Shown: piece by piece, positions 46,567-55,908 of the stretch
How the letters are laid out: every line of letters starts with the position of its first letter
How positions within the stretch are numbered: position 1 is the first letter of the stretch
NCBI GenBank assembly: GCA_964495195.1
Contig: CAZBUW010000003.1
Coordinates: 519 to 64,518, forward strand
Length of the DNA: 64,000 nt
Direction of reading: 5' to 3'
Origin: an uncultured Roseburia sp.
Lineage (GTDB): Bacteria > Bacillota > Clostridia > Lachnospirales > Lachnospiraceae
The notes under the pieces: model-generated
The model's input: only the letters and a program-made list of their open reading frames with translations
Databases searched by the model: none
Told to the model about the DNA's origin: nothing
Program-made: the position numbers and the translations under genes

Positions 46567-48661
46567 GTCATATTTTCAGTCTGTGATCGGCTGGGTGTTC
46601 TTAGCGGCGGTCATGGCGTTGTACGGTTTGTATTTTTTTGTCTATAATCTGAGGGGTGGATATCCCTATATCTCGTATTCACTGTCTGCGATTGCATTTA
46701 TCATGCTGATTGCAGTGCCGATTCTTACAATGCGGAGTCTCGCGGAGGACAAAAAGAGCAGGACAGACCAGTTGATCTTAACGGCGCCGGTGTCCGTCGG
46801 CAAAATTGTTGCGGGAAAATATCTCGCGATGGTGGCAGTCTTTGGGATTGCAATGCTCTTTGTGGCGGTGACGCCGCTCATCTTAATGATTTTTGGAACG
46901 ATTCCGTTAGGTGAGAGTTACGTTGCAGTTTTCGGGTTTTTCCTCTACGGATGTGCCTGCATCGCAATCGGCATGTTCATCTCCTCCGTCACGGAGAGTC
47001 AGGTGATTGCCGCTGTGCTCTCGTTTGCGGCACTGTTCGTGGGCTATATGATGTCAAATATCACGGGGTTGATTTCCTCCACAGGAAATATTCTGACGAA
47101 AATTTTAGGCTGTTACGACATCTATACGCCGTTGGAGACCTTTATGAATGGCTGTTTTGATCTGACCGGACTTTTTTACTTCCTGACGGTAATCGGTCTC
47201 TTTGTGTTTCTGACCGGACAGTCCGTTCAGAAGCAGCGCTGGAGCTCAAACGCAAAAAAAATCAAACTCGGCGTGTTCCACACCGGATTTGTCGCGGTGG
47301 CGGTGGCGGCAGCAGTTGTCTTAAACCTTGCCGTTCGGGAACTTCCGGCGACCGTCACATCGATCGATGCGACGTCCACGAAGATGTACTCGCTGACAGA
47401 GGAGACAAAAGAGTATGTGAAAAATCTGTCAAAGGATGTGACAATCTATGTGCTTGCGGCGGAGGGTTCCGCGGATACCACGCTCGCGGAGACCTTAGAG
47501 CGCTACGATGGGCTGTCGGATCATTTGAGTGTCGAATACAGGAATCCTTCTAAATATCCGACTTTTTACCAGCAGTATACGGAGAGTGCACCAAGCGCAA
47601 ACAGCATGATTGTTGTGAGTGAGGAGCGTTCACGCGTTGTCGATTACAGCGACATTTATGAGTATTCCTACGATTACACAACTTACCAGAGTACGGTGGA
47701 GGGCTATGACGCGGAGGGACAGCTCACAAGCGCCATCGAGTATGTGACGATGGATTCGTCGGAACTTCCTGTCATCTATGAGATTACGGGACACGGGGAG
47801 ACGTCGTTGGCAGGAGGATTTATAGAAGTAATTGAAAAAGCCAATATCACACTGTCCGATCTGACGCTTCTCGAGGTGGATGAAGTGCCGGAGGATGCGG
47901 AGGCAATCATTATCAATGCGCCGACCTCGGATCTCTCATCCGACGACGCTGAAAAAGTTCGGAATTATCTTGAGGCGGGCGGAAAAGCAATTCTCGTCTG
48001 CAACTTCCAGTATCAGGATTTGGAGAATTTCAATGAGGTGCTTGCAGCCTACGGTGTGACGGAAGTGGACGGTGTCGTCATGGAGGGAAATGCGAGCTAT
48101 TATTATCAGGGCATCCCTTACTATCTGTTGCCGGAGATTGCATCGAGCGATTATACCTCCTCTGTATCGGGAAGCTATATCTTCGCGCCATACAGTGTGG
48201 GGCTCACCTGTGAGGAGAACACGGATGACACGACCTACACGCCGCTTCTGTCGACAACGGAAGATGCTGTGTCAAAGGTCGATTTAGAAAACTTTACGAC
48301 CTATGACTACGAGGAGGGGGACATCAAGGGACCGTTTGATGTGGCAGTTGCAGTCGAGCGGACGGTCGATGAAGAAAATACGACAAAACTGGTTGTAGTT
48401 GGTTCGATGGAGCTCTTCAGTGATGGGGCCGATGAGGTCGTCTCCGGCAAGAATGCGGCGCTCTTCCAGAATCTGTTGTCCGTTCTCATTGAGTCATCTG
48501 ACAACAGTGCAAGCGCTATCGCCGCAAAAGAGTACACACTGAGTGCGATTACGGTGACGACAACGGCAGCCGTCGGGTTGGGGCTCGGATTTATGATTGT
48601 TCTTCCTGTTCTGCTGGTGGCATGCGGCATTGTCATCTGGGCAAAGCGCAGGAAAAAATAA
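46538..48661 (+). CDS. ABC-2 permease fused to a GldG-like auxiliary domain
   Basis: About 240 aa with 6 TM segments, then a large extracytoplasmic domain and a final TM helix + RRKK. Overlaps the upstream gene by 29 nt. Confidence 0.8.
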   Translation: MWAICKREFKSYFQSVIGWVFLAAVMALYGLYFFVYNLRGGYPYISYSLSAIAFIMLIAVPILTMRSLAEDKKSRTDQLILTAPVSVGKIVAGKYLAMVAVFGIAMLFVAVTPLILMIFGTIPLGESYVAVFGFFLYGCACIAIGMFISSVTESQVIAAVLSFAALFVGYMMSNITGLISSTGNILTKILGCYDIYTPLETFMNGCFDLTGLFYFLTVIGLFVFLTGQSVQKQRWSSNAKKIKLGVFHTGFVAVAVAAAVVLNLAVRELPATVTSIDATSTKMYSLTEETKEYVKNLSKDVTIYVLAAEGSADTTLAETLERYDGLSDHLSVEYRNPSKYPTFYQQYTESAPSANSMIVVSEERSRVVDYSDIYEYSYDYTTYQSTVEGYDAEGQLTSAIEYVTMDSSELPVIYEITGHGETSLAGGFIEVIEKANITLSDLTLLEVDEVPEDAEAIIINAPTSDLSSDDAEKVRNYLEAGGKAILVCNFQYQDLENFNEVLAAYGVTEVDGVVMEGNASYYYQGIPYYLLPEIASSDYTSSVSGSYIFAPYSVGLTCEENTDDTTYTPLLSTTEDAVSKVDLENFTTYDYEEGDIKGPFDVAVAVERTVDEENTTKLVVVGSMELFSDGADEVVSGKNAALFQNLLSVLIESSDNSASAIAAKEYTLSAITVTTTAAVGLGLGFMIVLPVLLVACGIVIWAKRRKK

Positions 48662-48730
48662 AACAGCAGACAGCGCCCCTGTCTGGCGAAGAAACGGCGA
48701 AGCAGGGGCGAAGAAAGGAAGGATGATTGG

Positions 48731-49324
48731 ATGGAAAAACAAAAAAGGCAATTCACGGTTGTTCTGGCGGTGCTGGTAGTGCTGGTGCTTGTATATTTCG
48801 GAATCCGTTTTTATAACCAGAAAAAGGAAGAGCGGGAGGAGGAACAGGAGGCGGCGGAAACTATCACCGTCACGGATTTTGACGTGAAGGATGTGACAGC
48901 GTTTTCCTACCAGCTCGATGGACAGACGCTTTCTTATACAAAAGAGGGGGAGGACTGGCTGTATGATGGGGACAATACCTTAGATCTCGACGAGGATGTC
49001 GTTGAGACGATGCTCTCGTCAGCAGACTCCCTGACGGCGGAAGAGGCGTTGGAAGAGTACGACAGCCTTGCCGACTATGGGCTTGATACACCCGCAAATA
49101 CAATTGTCATTACGACACCGGATGGAACAACTACGCTCCTCGTTGGAAACAGCAACGAAATCACCGGGGAGTACTATGTCATGAAGGAGGGAAGTGATGA
49201 CGTGTATCTGGTTGGAACTGCGTTAGACAATACATTTGGAAAGGCAGTGGAAGATCTGCTCGAGGAGGAAGAGACGGAGGATACGGAAGAGACCATAGAG
49301 ACGGAGGAAGTCACAGAGGAATAA
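48731..49324 (+). CDS. DUF4340-like membrane-anchored protein with an acidic C-terminus
   Basis: N-terminal TM helix. Position after the GldG-like gene is typical for DUF4340. C-terminal EEEETEDTEETIETEEVTEE. Confidence 0.55.
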   Translation: MEKQKRQFTVVLAVLVVLVLVYFGIRFYNQKKEEREEEQEAAETITVTDFDVKDVTAFSYQLDGQTLSYTKEGEDWLYDGDNTLDLDEDVVETMLSSADSLTAEEALEEYDSLADYGLDTPANTIVITTPDGTTTLLVGNSNEITGEYYVMKEGSDDVYLVGTALDNTFGKAVEDLLEEEETEDTEETIETEEVTEE

Positions 49325-49329
49325 AAAAA

Positions 49330-49364
49330 GGCTGCACACTGTGTATTCAGTGCGCAGCCTTTTT
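49330..49364. terminator. bidirectional intrinsic terminator between convergent genes
   Basis: A7-GGCTGCACACTG...CAGTGCGCAGCC-T5. Confidence 0.8.
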
Positions 49365-49434
49365 ATACGCAGGGGCGGACAGATGAAGTTTGCCGCTGAA
49401 GCGGCATCCGCCCCACGCGGCGAGCAGGGAAGAT

Positions 49435-49665
49435 TTATCTTCCCTGCTTGATTTCCTTGGAATCGTCCTCATGCTTTTTTAACAGCTTATAGATAAATCC
49501 GTATGCCCAGAACAACACCGGGACGATGACTGTAGCCATGACGGAGGCGAAGAACATGTCCATAAAGTTCGGACTTTTTGACAGTGCACAGACGAGTGTG
49601 GAGGCGTAGAGACCGAGCAGGACGACGACACCGAGGAGTGCAAAGATTCGCTTTATTTTTTTCAT
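49435..49665 (-). CDS. small membrane protein (2 TM), function unknown; the only minus-strand gene called
   Basis: 76 aa, MKKIKRIFALLGVVVLLGLYAS... AAAGGA RBS upstream on the minus strand. Confidence 0.55.
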   Translation of the reverse strand: MKKIKRIFALLGVVVLLGLYASTLVCALSKSPNFMDMFFASVMATVIVPVLFWAYGFIYKLLKKHEDDSKEIKQGR

Positions 49666-49774
49666 GGGAAAATCCTTTCTATTCTATATGTTTGATGTTG
49701 TAATCCGATAGAATCTATCGTATACAAAAATGTTGGTCAGGTCAAGAGAAAAATTCCCGATTGTAAAAAGTATG

Positions 49775-49803
49775 TTGCGAAATGGAACAAAGACTTATAT
49801 AAT
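49775..49803 (+). promoter_or_regulatory. promoter TTGCGA-17-TATAAT upstream of the MoxR operon
   Basis: Hexamers at 49775-49780 and 49798-49803. Confidence 0.6.
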
Positions 49804-49840
49804 ATGTAGAGGTTTTGAACACAGTGAATGGAGAATAGAT

Positions 49841-50827
49841 ATGGAGACGACACAGATTACACAGCAGGAATTAAACAGGGCAGTTGCGATAATCAACCAG
49901 ATAAAGGGATATTATCAGAACAAGGTGGTAGGGCAGTCCTATCTGGGATACGCACTTTTAATCTCTCTTATGACAAATGGACATATACTGCTCGAGTCTG
50001 TTCCGGGTTTGGCGAAGACCACTGCGGCAAAAGTGATGACAGATGCGGTAAATGGTGAATTTTCAAGAATTCAGTGTACCCCGGATCTTTTGCCGAGCGA
50101 TATTATCGGAACCCAGACCTACAATGTGAACAACAATACTTTTGAGACAAAATTAGGACCTGTCAACGCCAACTTTGTGCTGCTTGATGAAATCAATCGT
50201 TCAAGCGCTAAGACACAGAGCGCTATGCTCGAAGCAATGCAGGAACGTCAGGTCAGCATCGGAGGACAGATATACGAGCTTCCGAAAGTGTTTGTGGTAG
50301 TAGCGACACAGAATCCGATTGAGCAGGAGGGGACGTATGTGCTCTCCGAGGCTCAGTTAGACAGATTTCTTTTGAAGGTAAAACTTACTTATCCGAGCGC
50401 AGAGGGTGAGGTGGAGATTCTTAACAGAATTGAGTCGGATGTGTTTGCAGAGTCACATGCAGTTGCAGGCATTGCAGATATTGAATTTCTTCAAAAGCTT
50501 ACCAGAAGCGTGTATATGGATCCTGCAATTAAGAAATACATTGTAGATATTGTACAAGCTTCAAGAATTACAGACAGGATTCTGCCGAGGGAATTGTCCC
50601 AGTATGTGACGATGGGAGCCAGTACAAGAGCGGCGATTGCCTTTATGGATGTGGCAAAGGCGGTAGCACTGACGAACGGAAGGGCATATTGTACGCCGGA
50701 TGATGTAAAGGCGATGAGGTATTCTGTGCTTGGACACAGGGTCATGCTGAATTTTGCGGCAATCGCAGACGGTGTTAGGGAAGAGACGATAATTGATGGA
50801 ATCATAGGAGCAGTAAGAACGCCATGA
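49841..50827 (+). CDS. MoxR-family AAA+ ATPase
   Basis: GHILLESVPGLAKTT Walker A, LLDEINR Walker B, ATQNP. ATG49841 follows GGAGA; the track start is 49730. Confidence 0.9.
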   Translation: METTQITQQELNRAVAIINQIKGYYQNKVVGQSYLGYALLISLMTNGHILLESVPGLAKTTAAKVMTDAVNGEFSRIQCTPDLLPSDIIGTQTYNVNNNTFETKLGPVNANFVLLDEINRSSAKTQSAMLEAMQERQVSIGGQIYELPKVFVVVATQNPIEQEGTYVLSEAQLDRFLLKVKLTYPSAEGEVEILNRIESDVFAESHAVAGIADIEFLQKLTRSVYMDPAIKKYIVDIVQASRITDRILPRELSQYVTMGASTRAAIAFMDVAKAVALTNGRAYCTPDDVKAMRYSVLGHRVMLNFAAIADGVREETIIDGIIGAVRTP

Positions 50828-51711
50828 GAATGAAATACATTTCTCAAATACAGTTAAATATCAGAAAATACGGAGCAATTCATACAAACAGAGTTACATT
50901 CAGATTGCTTGATGGTTCATACAATTCAATTTACAAAGGCAGGAGCATGAACTTTGAAGAGCTGAGAGAGTATGTCGTGGGAGATGAAGTCAAGGATATA
51001 GATTGGAAAGCATCCTCCCGAAGTCAGAGGATATTAGTGAGGCAGTATATCGCCGAAAAAAAGCATAATATTATGCTGGTAATGGATAGCAACAGAAGAA
51101 TGCTCGCCAATCTGGATGAGGAGCATGAAAAAAGGGAAGCCGCGATTATGTCAGCGGGGACTCTGGCATATCTGGTAAATCAAAATGGCGATTATGTGAG
51201 TGCGATGTATGGAACTGAGATAGCGTTAGAACATTTTCCGTTTAAGACGGGACTAATGAATATCGAACTAATTCTTGAAAACTACCACAATGCAGTGACG
51301 GAGAAGAATAATTCTGAGTTAGATAAGACGCTGTCATATATCAGCAGAAATTTCAGGCAGAGAATGATTATAGTCATTGTAACCGATTTAGAAGGAATTC
51401 AGAGAATATCCGACATCAATTTGAAAAGGCTTCTGGTGATTCATGATGTGCTTTTGTTGAATATGTCAGACGCAGGGATATCTGGGAAAAACGTATATGA
51501 TATCGGCAGGGAGGAGTATGTACCTGAGTTTTTTACAAGGGATAAACATCTGGCAGCAATTGAGAAACAGAGGCGCAGGGAACTTACTGCAGCGGCAGGC
51601 GCGAGGCTTGGGAGACTCGGGGTGTCTATGGTCACGATTGATGCGTTGGATAATTTAGATAGCAGAGTGGTTGAACTTCTTGAAAGACATAAAAATGAAA
51701 AGAGGAAATAA
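50824..51711 (+). CDS. DUF58 domain protein
   Basis: FEELREYVVGDEVKDIDWKASSRS signature. 4-nt overlap with the MoxR gene. Confidence 0.85.
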   Translation: MRMKYISQIQLNIRKYGAIHTNRVTFRLLDGSYNSIYKGRSMNFEELREYVVGDEVKDIDWKASSRSQRILVRQYIAEKKHNIMLVMDSNRRMLANLDEEHEKREAAIMSAGTLAYLVNQNGDYVSAMYGTEIALEHFPFKTGLMNIELILENYHNAVTEKNNSELDKTLSYISRNFRQRMIIVIVTDLEGIQRISDINLKRLLVIHDVLLLNMSDAGISGKNVYDIGREEYVPEFFTRDKHLAAIEKQRRRELTAAAGARLGRLGVSMVTIDALDNLDSRVVELLERHKNEKRK

Positions 51712-51719
51712 AAGTTATT

Positions 51720-52193
51720 ATGGATACATCTGTTGAGATGCAGGAGGCATTTTCTTGTAGAATGTGGCCTGTGACGGTAGGAGTTGCAGTGCTGCTGATT
51801 TTTGCGGTACTTTTTCTGGTAAGCGGGACGATTGCGAAACGGAGGAACAGGACAAAGAAGAAGATTGTATATCCAAATATAGCAATCAACCTATCCGGGA
51901 TAAAGCAGCGTTATTTAGCACAGCTGTGTGAACTTCAGAGAAATCTTAGAAGCGGAAAGGTGGAGATAAGAGTTGCATACCAGGCGATGAGTGGCTGTAT
52001 CAGAGATTTTGTGTATGAGGTGACCGGAATCAAGGTTACCAATTATACGCTGAATGAGATAAGAGAGCTTCATATGCCGGTTCTTGAGGAATTGATTAGC
52101 GAGTTCTATGAGCCGGAGTTCGCTATTGAAACGGCTGAGGATGGAGTGGAGGCAATCGAAAAAACAAAGAGGACTATAGAGCGATGGAGGTAA
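51720..52193 (+). CDS. membrane protein (DUF4381-like by position in the Bat-type operon)
   Basis: One TM helix followed by KRRNRTKKK. Located between the DUF58 and VWA genes. Start uncertain. Confidence 0.5.
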   Translation: MDTSVEMQEAFSCRMWPVTVGVAVLLIFAVLFLVSGTIAKRRNRTKKKIVYPNIAINLSGIKQRYLAQLCELQRNLRSGKVEIRVAYQAMSGCIRDFVYEVTGIKVTNYTLNEIRELHMPVLEELISEFYEPEFAIETAEDGVEAIEKTKRTIERWR

Positions 52194-53188
52194 GATATCA
52201 AATTGTCTTATATATAGGGGTGGTGGTCTGTCTCGGGCTGATTTTTTCCCTTTTTTTCAGAAGAAAAAAGAAAGAGAAATATGAGGGGGGTAAGAGGATA
52301 GCAGGAACCTTTTATTTAGAGGAACTGCCCTATTATAAGCGCAGAGTAACATACTATAAGATGATGCGGGCAGGGTGTGTTGCAGCCTGTGGAGTTGCTG
52401 TGATACTGTCTTTTTTTATAGTGGCCAGACCTTACAAAGAGGATGTAATCAACGAAGAAAAATACAGCAGGGATATCCTGCTGTGCATGGATATATCTAC
52501 ATCTGTAGATGAATTAAACCTTAGGCTGGTAGATGAGATGAAGGAGACGGTAAGCCGGTTGAAGGGGGAGCGGATCGGAATCGTGATATTCAATACCTCT
52601 CCGGTTCTGCTTATGCCGCTTACCGATGATTATGACTATATTATGCAGGAACTTGACACAATAGAATATTGTCTGGAAAGTCGGCTTAATACAGATGCTA
52701 TCGAGGATGACAGCTATATTATGTCGGGGACGCTGGTGGGAAATGAGGAACTGGGAAGTTCTCTGATTGGGGATGGACTTGCAGCGGCTGCTTGTGATTT
52801 CACGGAGACGAACGAAAAGAGAAGCCGTTTTATCATTTTTTCCTCGGACAACGACTTAGCGGGGGAGCCTCGGGTGACGCTGGAGGAGGCTGCCAGTCTG
52901 TGCATGGCAAACGGTGTGGTAGTCTATGGCATCGGCACGGAGAATATGCGGGAGGAAGATATGCAGCAGATGAGGGAATGTGTGGAAGGGACAGGCGGTT
53001 TTTTCTTCTTGGAGGAAAAGGATGGCGGAATGGAACAGATTGTAGCAGAGATTGACCAGTCCGAGCAGCGCGTCATTGAGGGTGATAAGCGCGTAGTAAG
53101 GACGGATATCATAGAAATACCTTTCATCATGCTTCTGATATCGGTTAGCATGGTGATTATTTTTACAAAATATGTGGGACGTCGATAA
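52184..53188 (+). CDS. membrane-anchored von Willebrand factor A domain protein (BatA-like)
   Basis: TM helices at both ends. MIDAS-like LLCMDISTSV. 10-nt overlap with the upstream gene. Confidence 0.8.
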   Translation: MEVRYQIVLYIGVVVCLGLIFSLFFRRKKKEKYEGGKRIAGTFYLEELPYYKRRVTYYKMMRAGCVAACGVAVILSFFIVARPYKEDVINEEKYSRDILLCMDISTSVDELNLRLVDEMKETVSRLKGERIGIVIFNTSPVLLMPLTDDYDYIMQELDTIEYCLESRLNTDAIEDDSYIMSGTLVGNEELGSSLIGDGLAAAACDFTETNEKRSRFIIFSSDNDLAGEPRVTLEEAASLCMANGVVVYGIGTENMREEDMQQMRECVEGTGGFFFLEEKDGGMEQIVAEIDQSEQRVIEGDKRVVRTDIIEIPFIMLLISVSMVIIFTKYVGRR

Positions 53189-53191
53189 GAG

Positions 53192-54148
53192 ATGAAAATA
53201 AATCCAATCATACCAATATGGCTGATGACGATTATCTGTGTGGTGTTGCTGACCTTTAGAAGAAAGGGGATTGCAGCATATATCCGACAGATTGTGATGG
53301 TCATTTTGCTTTTTATTATCAATTTGAGAATCATGGTGCCTGATGGCACAGTTTATACCAGTGAACGGAAATTAGATGCGTCTGTGATAATTGTCGTGGA
53401 TGACACTGTCAGTATGCTGGCGAGAGACTATGCTGACGATACTGCGAGATTAGATGGAGTAAAAGCGGATTGCAGATATATCATAGATGAGTTGTACGGC
53501 GCAAAATTTTCTGTTATATCCTTTGACAATGAGGCAAATCTTCTGTGCCCATTTACGAGCGACCCCGGATTTGCAACAGATGTGATAGAGGCCATTGTGA
53601 CACCGGACCCGTTTTATGCGAAAGGTTCTTCCATGAATGCTGCGAACGAACTTATGACAGAATGTTTAAAGAATGCCGCAGACAGGGGAGAGGGGAAAGT
53701 GCTCCTTTTTTTCATCAGTGATGGTGAAATCACCAACGGGGAAAGTCTCGAATCTTTCAAGGATGCATCTGGCTGTGTGGATGATGGTGCCGTGCTCGGA
53801 TATGGAACCAGGGAAGGTGCTAAGATGTACTACACAGATACTTACAGCTATTACCTTGATGGGGAAGCTGAGGAAGAAGTGGTGCGGAATTCTGACTATG
53901 AGGAAGGAATATCGAAAATAGATGAGGACAATTTGAAACAGATAGCAGATGATCTGAATCTGGAGTACATCCATATGCAGCAGCAGAGCGATATCGCAGG
54001 GACGGTTCAAAGAATAAAAAGCCAGATTGAAGGAACTGAGGAGGCAGCAGCAGAAAAGGGGTATGGGGAGACGTACCACTTTTTTGTGATACCATTGCTC
54101 TTCCTTTTGATATACGAATTTTGGAAAGGCAGTCGCAGAAATGGATAA
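53192..54148 (+). CDS. membrane-anchored von Willebrand factor A domain protein (BatB-like)
   Basis: N-terminal TM helices, IIVVDDTVSM MIDAS-like motif, C-terminal TM helix. Confidence 0.8.
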   Translation: MKINPIIPIWLMTIICVVLLTFRRKGIAAYIRQIVMVILLFIINLRIMVPDGTVYTSERKLDASVIIVVDDTVSMLARDYADDTARLDGVKADCRYIIDELYGAKFSVISFDNEANLLCPFTSDPGFATDVIEAIVTPDPFYAKGSSMNAANELMTECLKNAADRGEGKVLLFFISDGEITNGESLESFKDASGCVDDGAVLGYGTREGAKMYYTDTYSYYLDGEAEEEVVRNSDYEEGISKIDEDNLKQIADDLNLEYIHMQQQSDIAGTVQRIKSQIEGTEEAAAEKGYGETYHFFVIPLLFLLIYEFWKGSRRNG

Positions 54149-54746
54149 TTCGGTTAAAAAGATGGGCTTTGCGGTGGTGATTGTCATTATAGCAATTCTA
54201 GGTTGTTTTATGGCAAATGAAATTATTCTGTGCAGGCATTATAACAAAGGGAATGAATATTATCAAAACAGCATGTACGAGGAAGCAATTGCAGAGTATG
54301 AGAAGGCGTTAGAGCAGATCCCTGACAGGGAGAGAGCGTGTAAGATCAGAATCAACATGGCACTTTCGATGACGAAACAGATAGATATAGAAAAGATTAC
54401 TGGGGACAGCATAGATGATGTAAAGGAGATTCTAAAGGAAGCAAAAAGCATTCTTATGGAAAAGGGATGCGCAAATGATGAGGGGACAGGGCATAATGCG
54501 GATGCCCAGCAACTGAAGGATGACATAGACAAATTTCTTGAATCTTTAGAAAATACACAGGATTCGGAAGCTGATCCAAAGGAGAAGGGAGAATCACAGG
54601 AGAAATCAGAAGAGGAGGAGCAATTAGAACAGGAGCTGAAGAATATTCAATCACAGAGTATGTGTGAACGGAAGTTAGAGGAACGGTTAGAGGAGTTTTT
54701 GAATGATTCAGACCCTGTTTTTAACTATGACGGAGAACGTTGGTAA
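54141..54746 (+). CDS. membrane-anchored TPR-like protein with an acidic tail (BatC-like)
   Basis: TM helix, TPR-like GNEYYQNSMYEEAIAEYEKALE, Glu-rich C-terminus. 8-nt overlap with the upstream gene. Confidence 0.6.
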   Translation: MDNSVKKMGFAVVIVIIAILGCFMANEIILCRHYNKGNEYYQNSMYEEAIAEYEKALEQIPDRERACKIRINMALSMTKQIDIEKITGDSIDDVKEILKEAKSILMEKGCANDEGTGHNADAQQLKDDIDKFLESLENTQDSEADPKEKGESQEKSEEEEQLEQELKNIQSQSMCERKLEERLEEFLNDSDPVFNYDGERW

Positions 54747-54815
54747 GAAAAGCAGACGATTGGTGCATGAGGGAGGCGGAATGAAACTTTGGATGCAAAT
54801 TTGAGCAAAAAACCT

Positions 54816-54844
54816 TTGAAAAATCCGTATTTCTTTGCTATAAT
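54816..54844 (+). promoter_or_regulatory. promoter TTGAAA-17-TATAAT upstream of the SEC-C gene
   Basis: Hexamers at 54816-54821 and 54839-54844. Confidence 0.6.
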
Positions 54845-54918
54845 AGCAAGTGCATTGTGGAAGAGGGTATTCTACATAAGAAAATGCGAAATATAATGAA
54901 AAATCGAGGATAGTTAAG

Positions 54919-55419
54919 ATGGCATTATTAGAACAGTGGCAGAAGATTGCCTATAATGAGAAAGCAGATAAAGGTGAATTACAGAGATTCTGGCAGAGAT
55001 ACTTCCTTTTAGAGAAGGGAGTCTATGAGAAACTGCTGGCGAATCCGAACGAGAAAGTGGAGGGAACAGTCAAAGAACTCGCAGATAAATACGGGCTTTC
55101 CGTCATGGAGATGACAGGTTTCTTAGACGGAATCAACGACAGCTTAGTGGAAGCAAATCCAATCGACACGATGGAGGAGGATACGAAGGTAAGCCTCGCT
55201 TTCGACAAGGAGAAGCTGTACAAGAATATGGTGGACGCGAAAGCGGACTGGCTTTACAACCTTCCGATGTGGGACGAGATTTTCGACGAGGAGACGAAGA
55301 AGAGACTTTATCTCGAACAGAAGAAATCAGGTACAGTTGTAGTTGGAAAGAAAGTCGGACGCAACGATCCATGTCCATGCGGAAGCGGCAAGAAATATAA
55401 AAAATGCTGTGGAAGATAA
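54919..55419 (+). CDS. SEC-C metal-binding motif protein
   Basis: C-terminal [17 protein letters not shown]. Confidence 0.75.
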   Translation: MALLEQWQKIAYNEKADKGELQRFWQRYFLLEKGVYEKLLANPNEKVEGTVKELADKYGLSVMEMTGFLDGINDSLVEANPIDTMEEDTKVSLAFDKEKLYKNMVDAKADWLYNLPMWDEIFDEETKKRLYLEQKKSGTVVVGKKVGRNDPCPCGSGKKYKKCCGR

Positions 55420-55427
55420 AAAAGTAC

Positions 55428-55456
55428 TTTACAGATTGAAAAAAAGAGAATACAAT
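55428..55456 (+). promoter_or_regulatory. promoter TTTACA-17-TACAAT for the thrS leader
   Basis: Hexamers at 55428-55433 and 55451-55456. Confidence 0.55.
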
Positions 55457-55464
55457 CATAAGCA

Positions 55465-55725
55465 ATAAGAGAACACGTTGACGAGACGAGTAGGTTGTGG
55501 AAGGAAGCAGAGAGAGATGCCTTATCCGCTCTGGGTATGTGCTGGGAGCATCTTTTCGGGAAGCAATTGAAGACTAACTCCGAGTGGCCCCAATCCGGCC
55601 CGGTGATTCCGTTACCATCGAAGACAAGGTTTTTCCTCCGCGTGGGAGGGAAGACGAAGCTGGGTGGAACCACGGTAAGAAGATCGTCCCTGATATTGTA
55701 GCGATACAGTATCAGGGATTTTTTT
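55465..55725 (+). promoter_or_regulatory. T-box riboswitch leader (threonine specifier)
   Basis: AGAGAG bulge (~55509-55515). Candidate specifier ACU at 55573-55575 in the context GAAGACUAA. T-box sequence AGCTGGGTGGAACCACGG (55657-55676). Terminator TCCCTGATATTGTA...TACAGTATCAGGGA + T7 (55687-55725). Lies upstream of thrS. Confidence 0.85.
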
Positions 55726-55908
55726 ATAATATAGGACTCGGGTGCCAAAAGGTGCTAATGAGAATTTGAACTGTCTTATTTTTGCAATAGGACAATTGCA
55801 ACTTGGATTAGCACCTTTTGACATCCGAATACTATATCAAAAAAACTTTGGGTGGGGCGCACAGAGTGGAACGGTGTTTTAGAAAAAGTGAAAGAAGAGG
55901 TAAAAGGT

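Noticed and set aside
55751-55815. CIRCE-like half sites (GTGCTAA ... TTAGCAC) in the thrS leader hairpin
   Set aside because: The half sites are in the opposite order to CIRCE and 47 nt apart instead of 9. The two true CIRCE elements in the window are exact consensus matches.
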